DNA of 63,296 nucleotides, filler included, from Chiloscyllium plagiosum (lineage: Eukaryota): assembly GCF_004010195.1 (NCBI RefSeq). It is 4 parts of one record of this genome, joined end to end, with 100 filler letters (N's around TTAATTAATTAA, not from the genome) between each part and the next. Parts side by side here need not be neighbours in the genome. Positions count along the whole stretch, not along the records: positions 26,294 to 50,016 come from NC_057716.1; 3 more parts are not named here. One strand, written 5' to 3'. The translations under genes and the position numbers were made by a program. Under the pieces are notes generated by a model, which was given only the letters and a program-made list of their open reading frames with translations, ran no database searches and was not told the origin of the DNA. Of this stretch, positions 26,666 through 38,000 are shown piece by piece. Position 1 is the first letter of the stretch. Each line of letters starts with the position of its first letter.

Positions 26666-27325
26666 TCTAAAGAAAGAAGTCCTAGCTTGTCCAACCTCTC
26701 CCTATAACTCAGACCGTTTAGTCTAGGCAACATCTTTATAAATTTCTTCTGCACTCTTTTCCAGTTTAATAACATCCTTCCTATGGCAAGGTGACCAAAA
26801 CTGAACACAATACTCCAAGTGCAGCCTCACTAACGTCCTGTACAACTGCAATATAACTTCCCAACCTCTACACTCAATGCCCTGACTGATGAAGGCCAGT
26901 GTGCCAAAAGCCTTCTTCACTGCCTTGTCTACCTGTGACTCCACTTTCAGAGAACCATGAACCTGAACTCCAAGGTCCCTCTGTTCCACTACACTCCTTA
27001 AGGCCCTACCATTCACCATGAAACTCCTACCTTGATTTGATTCTCCAAAATGCAAGACCTCACGTTTATCTATATTAAACTCCATTTGCCACTTCTTGGC
27101 CCACTTCCTCAGCTGATTAACATACTGCTGCAATTTCTGATAACCTTCTTCACTGTCCACGTTACCACCTAGTTTAATGTCATCTGCAAACTTAGCAATC
27201 ATGCCTTGGACATTCTCATCCAAATCATTGATATTGGTAACAGACACTAATGGGCCCAGCACTGACCCCTGAGGCACTCCACTGGTCACAGGCCTCCAGT
27301 CAGACACTATTACCCTCTGCTTTCT
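26666..27325 (-). mobile_element. CR1 LINE RT fragment
   Basis: GVPQGSVLGPL..INDL..KFADD..HLEYCVQFWSP. Confidence 0.92.
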
Positions 27326-27469
27326 ACCATAACAAGCTTGATGCTGGAATCTATTTGAGATATTATTGAAATCTAAGATTCTGAGGGTACTTGTTAGAGT
27401 AGTTGCTGAAAAGGTGTTTCCATCCATAGGGGAGTGGAGAACTAGGGGCATAGTTTCAAAATAAGCTGC

Positions 27470-27950
27470 TTTGTTCTGGATGGTGTTCAGATTCTAAAGT
27501 GTTGTTAGAGCTGCGGCCCTCCAGGCAAATGGGAAATATTCCATCACACTTGTGACATGTGTCTTGTCGATCGTGAATAGGCTTTGGGGACTCAAGGGGT
27601 GAATCGCCAAAAATATTGATCCAATGACCTACTCCTGTAGCCACGGTATTTATATGGTTAGTCCAATCCAATTTCTGGTCATTGGCAATCCCCAGGATGT
27701 TGATAGTGAGGGAGTTCATTGATGGTTAGTTGGGGATTCATTGATGGTTAGATTCTCTCTTGTGAGAGATGATCATTACTTAGCACTTGTATGGCATGAG
27801 TGTTATGTGCCACTTGTCAACTCAAACTTGGATGCTGTGCGGATCTTGCTGCTTTTGGACTCAGGCTGCTTTAGTATTTGAGGAATGGTACATTGCAACG
27901 AGCATAACATTGAGCATTCATCAGCAAACATCCTCCTTTCTGACTTGAAG
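27470..27950 (-). mobile_element. L2/Crack-like LINE 3' fragment
   Basis: INILGIANDQKLDWTNHINTVAT, homologous to 36530-36760. Confidence 0.75.
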
Positions 27951-30900
27951 TTGACTGCACGGTTTTAGCTGCTGCACATGTTGCATGGCAACAGTCTACT
28001 GCTGGGTTAATCTCAGCAATGGCTGGGGGGGGTGGGCATCAAGGCCCTTACTCGGTTATGGATTGGCCTGCTTAAGGGCCTCAATTAGCAGTGGGGTGGG
28101 GAGGTCAAGCAAGGGCTTTCATAATCTGAACTTCATTCCAGTGGAGGGAGGAAGGCGGCAAGTTATACTTACGCCACCACTTCACCGATCTAATTAAACA
28201 CCTTCCCTGCAGCGAGAGCAGAACATTCACATTGCCCCTGTGCCAGCTCTGTTGAAGAACAAGCAATTCAGTTAGTCCCACTCCTCATGTTTACCCATTT
28301 CCCTGCAATTTTGTCTTTTCTCCTTCAAGGTATCTATCGTTTGAAGGTTACTATTGAGTCTGTGTGCGTCAGCTCATTGGGCCATGAATTCCAAACCCCA
28401 ATAACGTTTCCTCACACTACCTCTGCTTTTCATGCCAATCACCTTAAATCTGGGTCTTCTGGAGATTGGCCCTTCATTCACTGGAGAGAGTTCCTCTTTA
28501 TTCACTCTATCAAAACCCGTCATGATTCTTAATAACTCCATCAGATCCTCTCTTAGTCTTCACTGCTCTGAGGGAAACCCAACTTCACTAGTCCATCCAT
28601 GCCACTGTCATCCCTTCTAATGAGAACCATTCCAGTAAATCTTTTCTCTACCCTCTCTGAAGTCTTCACCTCCTCTCCAAAATGCCTAGGATTGAATACA
28701 ATACTCCAGTCCTGACTGATGAACTACTTAGCAATACTTCCTTGCTTATGTCCTCACTGCCTCTATTTATACAGCCCAGGTTTCCATATGCTTTACAAGC
28801 TGCTTTGCTAACCTATCCCGCAAACGTCAAAAAGGTATGCCTAAACACCACCTCCCCAGGTCTCTCTGTTCTTGCAGCCATTTTGAAATTATACCATTTA
28901 GTAGGGATTGTCTCTCCCTATGCCTCCTGCAGAAATGTGTTACCTCACACTTCTCGCATTGAATTTTGCCTGTCATCTGTCTACTCTTTCAATCGACCGA
29001 TATCCTCTTAATGTCAATTACGAGCTTTCTCAATGCTTAGTGCGCTCTCAATTTTCGTGCCATCTGCAAGTTTCAAAATTTTACTGAGAGTTGTGAAGGT
29101 TTTACTTACAAAGCCCCAGGGTGGGCCAAAGGATTGTGATAAGCTCCTACGACAAAGCAATAAAGAAAAATCCCACCTGGTTTTAATCCCTTGTATTACA
29201 TGATCCAGACATTTTGTGAAAACGTGACAACGTGAGAAGGATAAAGCAGCATATGGCCATGGAAGGGAACAATGTCCTGTCAAGCGTCTCTACAGTGAAT
29301 GGTAAAGAACACTGTAACACATTGTGCAGAAGATGACATAGATTGGGAGCACTTCAAACTGTGGCAATGATGCAAAGATTTTGTCTGGAGAATCGTTTTG
29401 TCTCTTGCTGGGTTTCCTTTCCGTTGGGATCACGCGATTCACAGTAAGATGGGGTTTCACAGGTGCTGGCACCTCGCCAGTTTCTGATCCAATTGTCATC
29501 CATCATAAAGGTTCAATGATCATAGACTCACACAGCGTGCAGGGAGGCCATTGAGCCCATAGCTCCTGCACTGGTTCATTGCAAGAACTATTCAATTAGC
29601 CTCACCCCCCCACACCTTTGGCCCTTAGTCTTTTCAAATATATATGCAATGTGTTTTGAAGTTATGATTGAATCTGCTTCCACCATGCTTTTGGGCAGTG
29701 CAGTCCTACCTGTCATAACTCTCCCCTCTGGTCTTTTTGCCAATTATCTATCATCTTTGTTCTCTAGTTACTGGCCCACCTTCCAATTTCTACCAAACAG
29801 TCATAGTTTTGAATACCTCTATTTAATTTCCCCCTAACCTCCTTTTCTCTAAGCAAAAACATTCCAGCTTCTCCTAGCTCTTCATCTGAGCAATGTCCTT
29901 CATCCCTGGTGCTATTTAAGTAAATGAGAAATTGGGTCGACTGGGCCTGAATTCACTGGAGTTTGGAGGAATGGGAGGAGCCTTCATTAAAACATAAATA
30001 TTCGGGACAACTGGTTGAGGAATGATATTTCCCTGACACACAGAGGTCCAGAATAAGGGCTTATGGTGATATGACATGGGATAGGCCATTTAAGACTGAG
30101 ATGAGGGGAAACGTCTTTGCTCAGAGGGTGGTGAACCTGTGGAATTCTCTACTGCAGCAGGCACCGGCGGTAAAGTCACTGAATATATTTATGAAAGAAA
30201 GAAATAGATTTCCAGAGACTAGAGCTGTCATGAGGTCTGGGAAGAGAGTAGAAGTATGGCGTTGAGACAGAGGGTGAACCAAGTTCATGTTGAATGGCAG
30301 TATAGGCTTGGTGGGTCAAATGGTCTACTCCTGCTCCGATCTTCTATGCTTCTTAATGTTTCTAAATCTCCTCTGTACTCTGTGTAAGGCCTTGCCATCC
30401 TCCGTAAAACATGGGATCCTAAACAGAACATGACACTCTAGCCAAGGTGCAAACGGTGATTGAAAAGATTTTGCATGACCTTCCCTGCTTGAACAGAAAT
30501 GTTCAACTCCTTAGAGTGAATTGGATTTCACTGTTAGCCTTGACATAAAATTAGAAACAGATTGAAGTAGGAACAACCTGCTCCTGGTTTGCCCTTAATA
30601 GCTGTTCTTGTGTGAATGGAGACAGGAGCTGATGTGGTTCTGGACTGATGTGGTCTGACTACAAAATTGTCCCGTTAGTACTCCAGATTTCTCTCCTCCT
30701 TCCTGCTCTGAAATATTGATTCAGCACTTTACATTTCTCATAGTTTTCATAATCTCACTGTTGAATCCCACCATTTCCATCACTCACTAGTGTTTAAATC
30801 CAGACAATGGTGGCGGTGAGTGGGGTGGGGGTTGGGGGGAGGATGGGGGAATGACTTCCATCCACAGTGTGAGAATCTGAGGCAGCAAGTACACCACTTT

Positions 30901-31118
30901 CACTGAGACCCAACTCAAACATAACTGCCAGCAAATTCAATTTCACAATCTGCTCTAAGTTGAATTCAAATGTTTTGTGGAATTTGTTTAACAAACAAAC
31001 ACTGTAGGACCTTTTTAACAGATAATCAGTGATAGTAGCTGTCTATGTAAAATTTTGCATGCTATATTTCATTTGGTGTAGTCACAGGTCTGGTCTTATG
31101 TTGCAATGGGTGATTTGT

Positions 31119-31433
31119 GGGCGGCACGGTGGCACAGTGGTTAGCACTGCTGCCTCACAGCACCAGAGACCCGGGTTCAATTCCCGCCTCAGGCGACTGA
31201 CTGTGTGGAGTTTGCACGTTCTCCCCGTGGCTGTGTGGGTTTCCTCCGGGTGCTCCGGTTTCCTCCCACAATCCAAAGATGTGCAGGAAAGGTGAATTGG
31301 CCATGCTAAATTGCCCGTAGTGTTAGGTAAGGGGTAAATGTAGGGGTATGGGTGGGTTGCGCTTCGGCGGGTCGGTGTGGACTTGTTGGGCTGAAGGGCC
31401 TGTTTCCACACTGTAATGTAATCTAATCTAATC
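31119..31433 (+). mobile_element. HE1-type V-SINE, young, nested in another tRNA-SINE head
   Basis: Full A/B boxes, V domain and TAATC tail. Confidence 0.92.
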
Positions 31434-32286
31434 CCTACCTCCCAATCGGAACCTATAGGGTCGAGTCCCACCTCAGGACCTATTGGCTATGTGTCTTTGT
31501 AATGTGGTCAAACAGCTTGATTATCAGTTTATCTATAAATTGTTCCAACACACTGGAAGGCAGGTAGTAAGTGTGGGAGAGTTCTGGCAAGCCGTCCTGC
31601 AAAACATAGTCGCAAACCACACCATAAACGTGGACCAACCCAGTGGACAGCTATGACCCAAGAATGAAAGAAACAACAGAGAAGACACGGTAGGTTCAGA
31701 AAGGGAATATTTCGCTGATGCTTTGTCACATAAGTCATTATAAATTTTAAAGTCACAACATCCACCAATTGGTCACAGCCTTTATTAAGTGTTCATTTTC
31801 TTTTCAAGCTGAAACCAATATTTTTACCAAGACTCAGGTTGCAACTTTTCTTCGGTGAGTTTCATGATGCCAACAGAGGCAGAACTTAAAAAAAACTTCA
31901 CAATCTTTGTCTTCACTTGTCACAATCTTTGGAACCTTCAAAACAAAAACCGAAATATTTTGCGTGTGTTAAAAAGGCACGTTTGAATTGACATTTTCCT
32001 TAGCAGTACAATGTTGAACGAGCGATAAAGGGAGGAGGTGAGGAAGAATGTCTTTACGCAGAGAATAGCAATGACCTGGAACTCACTGCATACAAGGGTG
32101 GCACGAGAGGCAGCAATAATGATTGCAGAAATAAATTAACCAGGCTCTCGAATAAGGTGGACAAGGAGGATCAGGCTGCCGGGATTGCTCTGCAGTGAGC
32201 CTGCATGAATTCAGTACATCAAATGGCTAACTTTTATGCCTGGATGTTATGAGATGTTGTGGCTCCTGCCCTCCTGGACGGCATCT

Positions 32287-32577
32287 GGTACGGTGACTTG
32301 GTGGTTAGTACTATCTACCTCACAGCACCAGGGAACCAGGTTCGATTCCACCCTTGGATGACCGTCTGTTTGGAGTCTGCACATTCTTCCCGTGTCTATG
32401 TGGGTTTCCTCCCACAGTACATGGATGTACAGGTTAGGTGGATTGGCCATGGGAAATGTAGGGTTGTAGGGTGGGGCGGAGGTGTAGGGTGGGTCTGGGT
32501 GGGATGCTGTTCAGAGGGTTGGCATGGACCCAATGTGCTGAATGGCCTGCTTCCACACTGTAGGGACTCTCTGATTC
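32287..32577 (+). mobile_element. Older HE1-type V-SINE
   Basis: Diverged head and V domain. Confidence 0.75.
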
Positions 32578-35279
32578 ATATGATATGTTCATGTGATTCC
32601 AACGCTTATCTGAGCCAACTTAATGCTGGGAACTGTGTTAGTTGCTTTAAGGTGAGACTTCTAACCCCTTTCTTATGAGGACGTTCCACCTTAGAGTATC
32701 TTGGGCCAATCCGATCTCCTTTCAAATGGCCTGGGAAGGGAATGCCTCCTCGAGGAGTCACATAGGACATTCGCCCACTCTTGCCCCATTGCAGCTAAAA
32801 TGCCTGGCTTTCCGGCTGCCGTAGATTGACCCTGCCACAGGTAGAATACCAGGAAAAAAGCTAGTAGTTGGTCTCCTGAAGAGGGCAGAACCCCTTCCCT
32901 GCTCAAAAAAGCTTCAGAGGTGGGTGAGGAGATGGTCTCTACACCCTCAACTCCTGCTTTAAATCCACTAAAATCCAACGGTAGGCTGTAAGCTCATGGG
33001 CAATCAGTGAAATGCCAAAAAAACTGTTAAGTTGACTGTAAATTTACATTGAAGGGTGATGATGTCTGCACCAACAATCCAGAGGCCCAGGCTAATGCTG
33101 TAGGGATATGGGTTTGAATCCCATGATACCAGTGGTTGAACTGAGTTTATAAATCCAGGGTTGATAGCTATTCTCAATAATGGTAACCATGACAACCACC
33201 ATCAAAACCCGTCTGATTCATTAATGCCACTTCAGGAGAGGAGATTTGCCATCCTTACCCAGTAAGGCCTACACTTGACTCCAGGCCTACCACAGTATGG
33301 ATGACCGTCCTCTTAAATGGCTGCAGGAGCCGCAAGAGTAATGAGCGCTGATGGTGAAGGAAATTATTTTTGTTTTATAATCGTCATTTTAGATCTGCTA
33401 CCCAATATGATTTTTACCACTCCAAGCATTTACATTCCCTGTAATAAATGGTCAGGTTTTAACACAGGTGTTTGCCATCTGATATTAACTTTGTGGAAGC
33501 CATTAGCTCCCACATGACTGTCTGACTGGAAGCTTCTCTGAATATGACCCACCAACTCAGTGGAGATGTTGGCAAGTTTTTCTGCTTAGAGGCGTACAAG
33601 GGAGATAATGAACAAACATTAGGTGGGCTGGGGTGAGATTTGGTGAGGGGGAAGATCAGTGACATTGGATGACTAACAGCAGCAGCACTGGAGAGGTGAG
33701 AAGGATTTGCCAGAATGGTAGAAGAACTGAGAGAGTAGAACTTTCTGGAAAGATTGAACAGGCTGGGGTTCTTTTCTTGACCTGACTGAGCTCTTTAACA
33801 TTCTGAAAGGATTCAATAGAATAGACCTGGAGACAATGCTTTCACATTGTAGAGAAGTCGAAACCAAGGGGTAATAAACTTAATATCCAAAATAACTAAT
33901 AGATGCGATATGGAATTCAGGAGCAACCTCTTTATTCAGCAAGTAGTGGGAATGTGAAAATACTACCACATAATGTGGTTGAGACAAATAGCATAAATGC
34001 ATTTACAAATGAAACTGATAAACACATGAGAGAGAAAGCTATATTGACAGGGTGAGATGAAGTCAAATAGGAGGAGAATCATATGGAGCAGAGACTAATT
34101 GCAATGAATGGCGTGTTCGATGTTGTGAATTCAAAGAAATTCTATATGTTATTAATTTTAGATAATTAAGTTTCTACCTAGATCCCTGAGGTGTGAGCAA
34201 TTACACAAAATTGAACATGTCATAGATCTTGTTAAACATTTTAATTTGAAGGAATGGAAAATTAGTAAAAGATTGACTGATAATTACAGTTATTATTAAC
34301 TTTGACATAGCAGAATTAAAATAATTGGTAATTTTAAGTGTTCTGCTAATTCAGTATACTTGAAATAATATTCATAGTTGGATTTTGTAGGTGGGTTCCT
34401 TCCCATAACCTTATTTTTTGACAAATTACTGCACATTGATTTTGGGACATGTAAAGCTGATTTGCAACATTTTCACATATTATGCTGGAATGAAATCAAT
34501 ATTTAATTGAAGGCAGATTATTGCAGATGCTGCAAACCTGAAATAAGAACATTAAATGCTACTCTTAGATCATCAGTGAAGTGATGGGCGGGATCATCGA
34601 TAGTGCTATCAAGCAGCACCTGCTCAGTGACGCCCCATTTCTCTTCCGCTTGGACCAATCATCTCCTGACATCATTGCAGCCTTGGTTCAAACAGAGACT
34701 ATAGAGTTGAATTCAAGAGATGAGGTGAGAGTGACAGCCCTGATATCATGGCTGCATTTGATCAAGTGTGGTATCAAGGAGCCCCAGTAAAACTGGAATT
34801 AATGGGAATCGGGGGGAAAACTCTCTGCTGGTCAGAGTCACATGGAGTCAAAGATGGTTGTAGTTATTGGAGATCAGTCATATCAGCTCCAGGACAACTC
34901 TACTGGGGTTCTTCAGGATGTATCCCAGGCCTTACCATCTGCAGGTTAAGGCCTCCCTGTACATGGATGACGTCGCCGTTTTCTGCTCGGATCCGCTGTC
35001 TGTGCGCAGACTCGTGCATCTGTGACCAGTTCGAACGGGCCTCGGGGGCCAAGGTAAACCGAGGCAAGAGCAAGGCCATGCTGTTCGGGAACTGGGCCGA
35101 CCAATCCTCGATCCCCTTCACCGTCAGGACCGACCACCTGAAGGTGCTGGGTATTTGGTTTGGGGGGGCTGGGGCGTGCGCCAAGTCTTGGGAGGAGTGT
35201 ATCAGCAAAGTGAGGCAGAAATTGGGCAGATGGACGCTACGGTCACTCTCCATCGCAGGAAAAAACCTGGTCATCAGGT

Positions 35280-35284
35280 AAAAA
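35280..35284 (-). terminator. RNA Pol III terminator (TTTTT) of the tRNA-Ala gene
   Basis: T5 located 4 nt downstream of the discriminator base. Confidence 0.8.
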
Positions 35285-35288
35285 TAAG

Positions 35289-35361
35289 TGGAGAATGCGG
35301 GCATCGCTCCCGCTACCTCTCGCATGCAAAGCGAGCGCTCTACCATTTGAGCTAATCCCCC
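35289..35361 (-). tRNA. trnA: tRNA-Ala, anticodon TGC in an Ala(AGC)-type body; T55G B-box change, possibly a pseudogene
   Basis: GGGGGATTAGCTCAAATGGTAGAGCGCTCGCTTTGCATGCGAGAGGTAGCGGGAGCGATGCCCGCATTCTCCA; 73-nt cloverleaf, G3:U70, no CCA. Confidence 0.93.
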
Positions 35362-37707
35362 CATTGACCAGCAGGCCCTGCTTTCACTACTTCCGCAGTG
35401 GATCCTGAGCACTCACGCTCCGGGATGTGCAGGAAATCCTCTCATCTGTCGGACGGCTGAGACCAAACATTGCTGATGCCAGTCTCGATGAAACAACCAA
35501 CCTGTCGGAGGAGCAGCAGCGGCAGCTGGTGGACTCAGGCGAGGCGGTAGGCCACATGGACGAGGAAAGACGTGCTGAGGAGATGGGAATTGCTGATTGG
35601 AGGTCGAAATGACTTCAACCTTGGCGCAGCCACCACGAGCGTGAGGTGACGTCGCAGGGCCCCGCCTGACTGATAGAAGACTTCATTTGGTTGCAGTGAG
35701 CACAAAGTGCTTTTGTGCGTTTGTGTTGGAAAAAGCAGAGGAAGTCTGGGGAGGAATGCAGTGGTGTTTGTCGAGGTTCGTCCCGAGCAGCGCCGTGACG
35801 TGGGACTCCGTGCTCTACGGCCTGTTCCCCGGGACGCAGACCGAGACGAACATCAACTGTGCCTGGAGGATCATCAACTCGGTGAAGGACGCTCTCTGGG
35901 TGGTCCGAAGCCTGCTGATCTTCCAGCTGAAGGAGTTGACCCCGACTGAGTATTGCAGACTGGCACATTCCAAGGTCCAGGACTACGTGTTGGGGCAGCT
36001 GCCGCCAAGGCGCGGTGGGGAAAGACCACTGTGTAAAGTCTGCCATCCAGGAAACACAGGGGGCCCATGCAGTCATTTGGGCTCTGCTGACGCCTCAGCT
36101 AATTATATGGGCATATGATTGAAAAATGTACAGACCTGTATAAAAATGATAAATTCTGATCTCTGTATGTACATGTTTACATATGTATGGCATGACCAAC
36201 TGTAGACCATCAAATTATTTTATGAATAAAGTATATTTTTGAAATATAAAAAAAATCTTCAACTGCTTCATCAGTGATCTTCCCTCCAACGTAAGGTGAG
36301 AAATGAGGATGTTCGCTGGTGATTGCACAATGTTCAGCATCATTCACATCTCCTCAGATACTGAAGCAGTCCATATCCAAATGCAACAAGATCTGGACAA
36401 TATATAGGCTTGGACTGACGAGTGGCAAACAACATTTGTGCTGCAAAAGTGCCAGAAAATGGCCATCAGCACCGAGAGAGAATCTATCACTATTTGACAT
36501 TCAATGGTAACACAATCACTGAATATTCCACTTGGGGGTTACCATTGACCAGAAACTGAACTGGGCTATACATATAGATACTATGTCTATGAGAGCAGGT
36601 CAGAGGCTAGGAATACAGCAGTGAATAACTCAATTCCTGACTCCCCAGATCCTGTTCACCATCTACAAGACACAAGTCAGGAGTGTGATGGAATACTCGC
36701 CACTTGCCTGGATAGGTGCAGCCCCAACACACTCAAGCAGCTTGGCACCATCCAGGAAACACAACTGACTTGACTGGCACCACGTTCACAAGCATCCACT
36801 TCCTCCATCACCAATGGTTGGTAGCAGCGGTGTGCACTATCTACAAGATGCACTATACAAATTCACCAAAGCTCCTTAGACAGCACCTCCAAACCCACAA
36901 TTACTTTCCCCTAGAAGGACAAGGGCAGTAGGTATATGGAAACACCACCACCTTAAAATTCCCCTCCAAGCTACTCACCATCCTGACTTGGAAATATATA
37001 TTGCTGTTCCTTCACTGCTGTTGGATCAAAATCCTGGAATTCTCTCCCTACTGGCATTGACTGCAATAGGTCAAGAAGGAAACTCATCACCACCATCTCC
37101 ATGGCAACTGGGGATGGCAATAAATGCTGACCAGCCAGTAATGTCCATATTCCATGAATGAATAAAAACAAAACTCTCAACAGGTCTGGCACAATCTATG
37201 AGGAGAGTTTACGGGTTAACGTTTTTGAGTCAAATTAAGAATTCACTTATCCTGCTGACGATTAAACGTTGTGAAATTCTTGCTTTCACAATAAACATGT
37301 TTTGTTTTCTTCATGTCATAACTAGTTACGTTGCAACGTGTTGATGGTATTTCTGGTTGACACTGTTTATAGCTCTTCATTCTTCACAGAATATGATTTG
37401 ATTTGTAAGGCTGGGCCAAAAGCTTTTATTGAAGAATTCTGTAAATTGAAAATGCGCCCAAAATCTTTGAAAGACTTGTGCACAATTTGAATCTAATTTT
37501 GGAAAAGGACTCAGCAGGAGTAACCAGTTGGAAACTCTGCTGTCTGCAATCTCACCCAAACATGGCTCTCCTTCCAGACCACAATCTTCCCTCTGACCAC
37601 AATCTCTCTCTCTCTACTTCCAAGTTATGGCCATGCACTGCATGCTATCCGACCCAACCAGTAGGGATCCTGTCAATGAGCCAGTCAGTCACCTTGTTAA
37701 TTAGCTA

Positions 37708-38000
37708 AAAGCATTGACTGCAGATGCTGGAAACCAAATTCTGGATTAGTGGTGCTGGAAGAGCACAGCAGTTCAGGCAGCATCCAAGGAACTTCGAAAT
37801 CGACGTTTCGGGCAAAAGCCCTTCATCAGGAATAAAGGCAGTGAGCCTGGAGCTTGGAGAGATAAGCTAGAGGAGGGTGGGGGTGGGGAGAAAGTAGCAT
37901 AGACCTGGGAGTTGCAGTGGGAGAGGGACTCCCTGAGATTCTTGTAGAGAGAGGAGGAAAACTTCTTCAAGGTCGGCATCCTTGCAAGAGGATTCGCAGT
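37708..38000 (-). mobile_element. PLE pLTR with canonical hammerhead core (37800-37831)
   Basis: TC-CTGATGA-A-GGGC-TTTT-GCCC-GAAAC-GTC-GA; TANPLARMPTLKKFSSSLYKNLRESLSHC; inserted into a degenerate 12-bp CTGTCAGTCAGC array (about 37670-38180). Confidence 0.8.

Larger units (their letters stand above)
34941..36254 (+). mobile_element. 5'-truncated Tx1-type (L1 clade) retrotransposon with internal tRNA-bearing cargo
   Basis: LQVKASLYMDDVAVF...SGAKVNRGKS...KVLGIWF...LSIAGKNLVIR (34939-35278); AEEVW...VLYGLFPGT...WRIINSVKDALW (35735-36036); AATAAA at 36225; poly(A) 36248-36255; TSD ATCT at 34937-34940 and 36255-36258. Confidence 0.88.
34562..37168 (+). mobile_element. L2/Crack-like LINE RT 3' portion, split by the Tx1 insertion (34941-36254)
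   Basis: AAFDQVWYQG before the insertion; ..ACCATCT|TCAACTGCTTCATCAGTGATC, MFAGDCTMF and TIYKTQVRSVMEYSPLAW after it; A-rich 3' end at about 37165. Confidence 0.8.

Noticed and set aside
35427..35612. 61-aa acidic ORF in the Tx1 cargo
   Set aside because: Short, no known motif; more simply explained as tRNA-gene upstream spacer.
37390..37490. Possible terminal exon EYDLICKAGPKAFIEEFCKLKMRPKSLKDLCTI*
   Set aside because: A good acceptor, but the frame length is compatible with chance and no homology was recognised.
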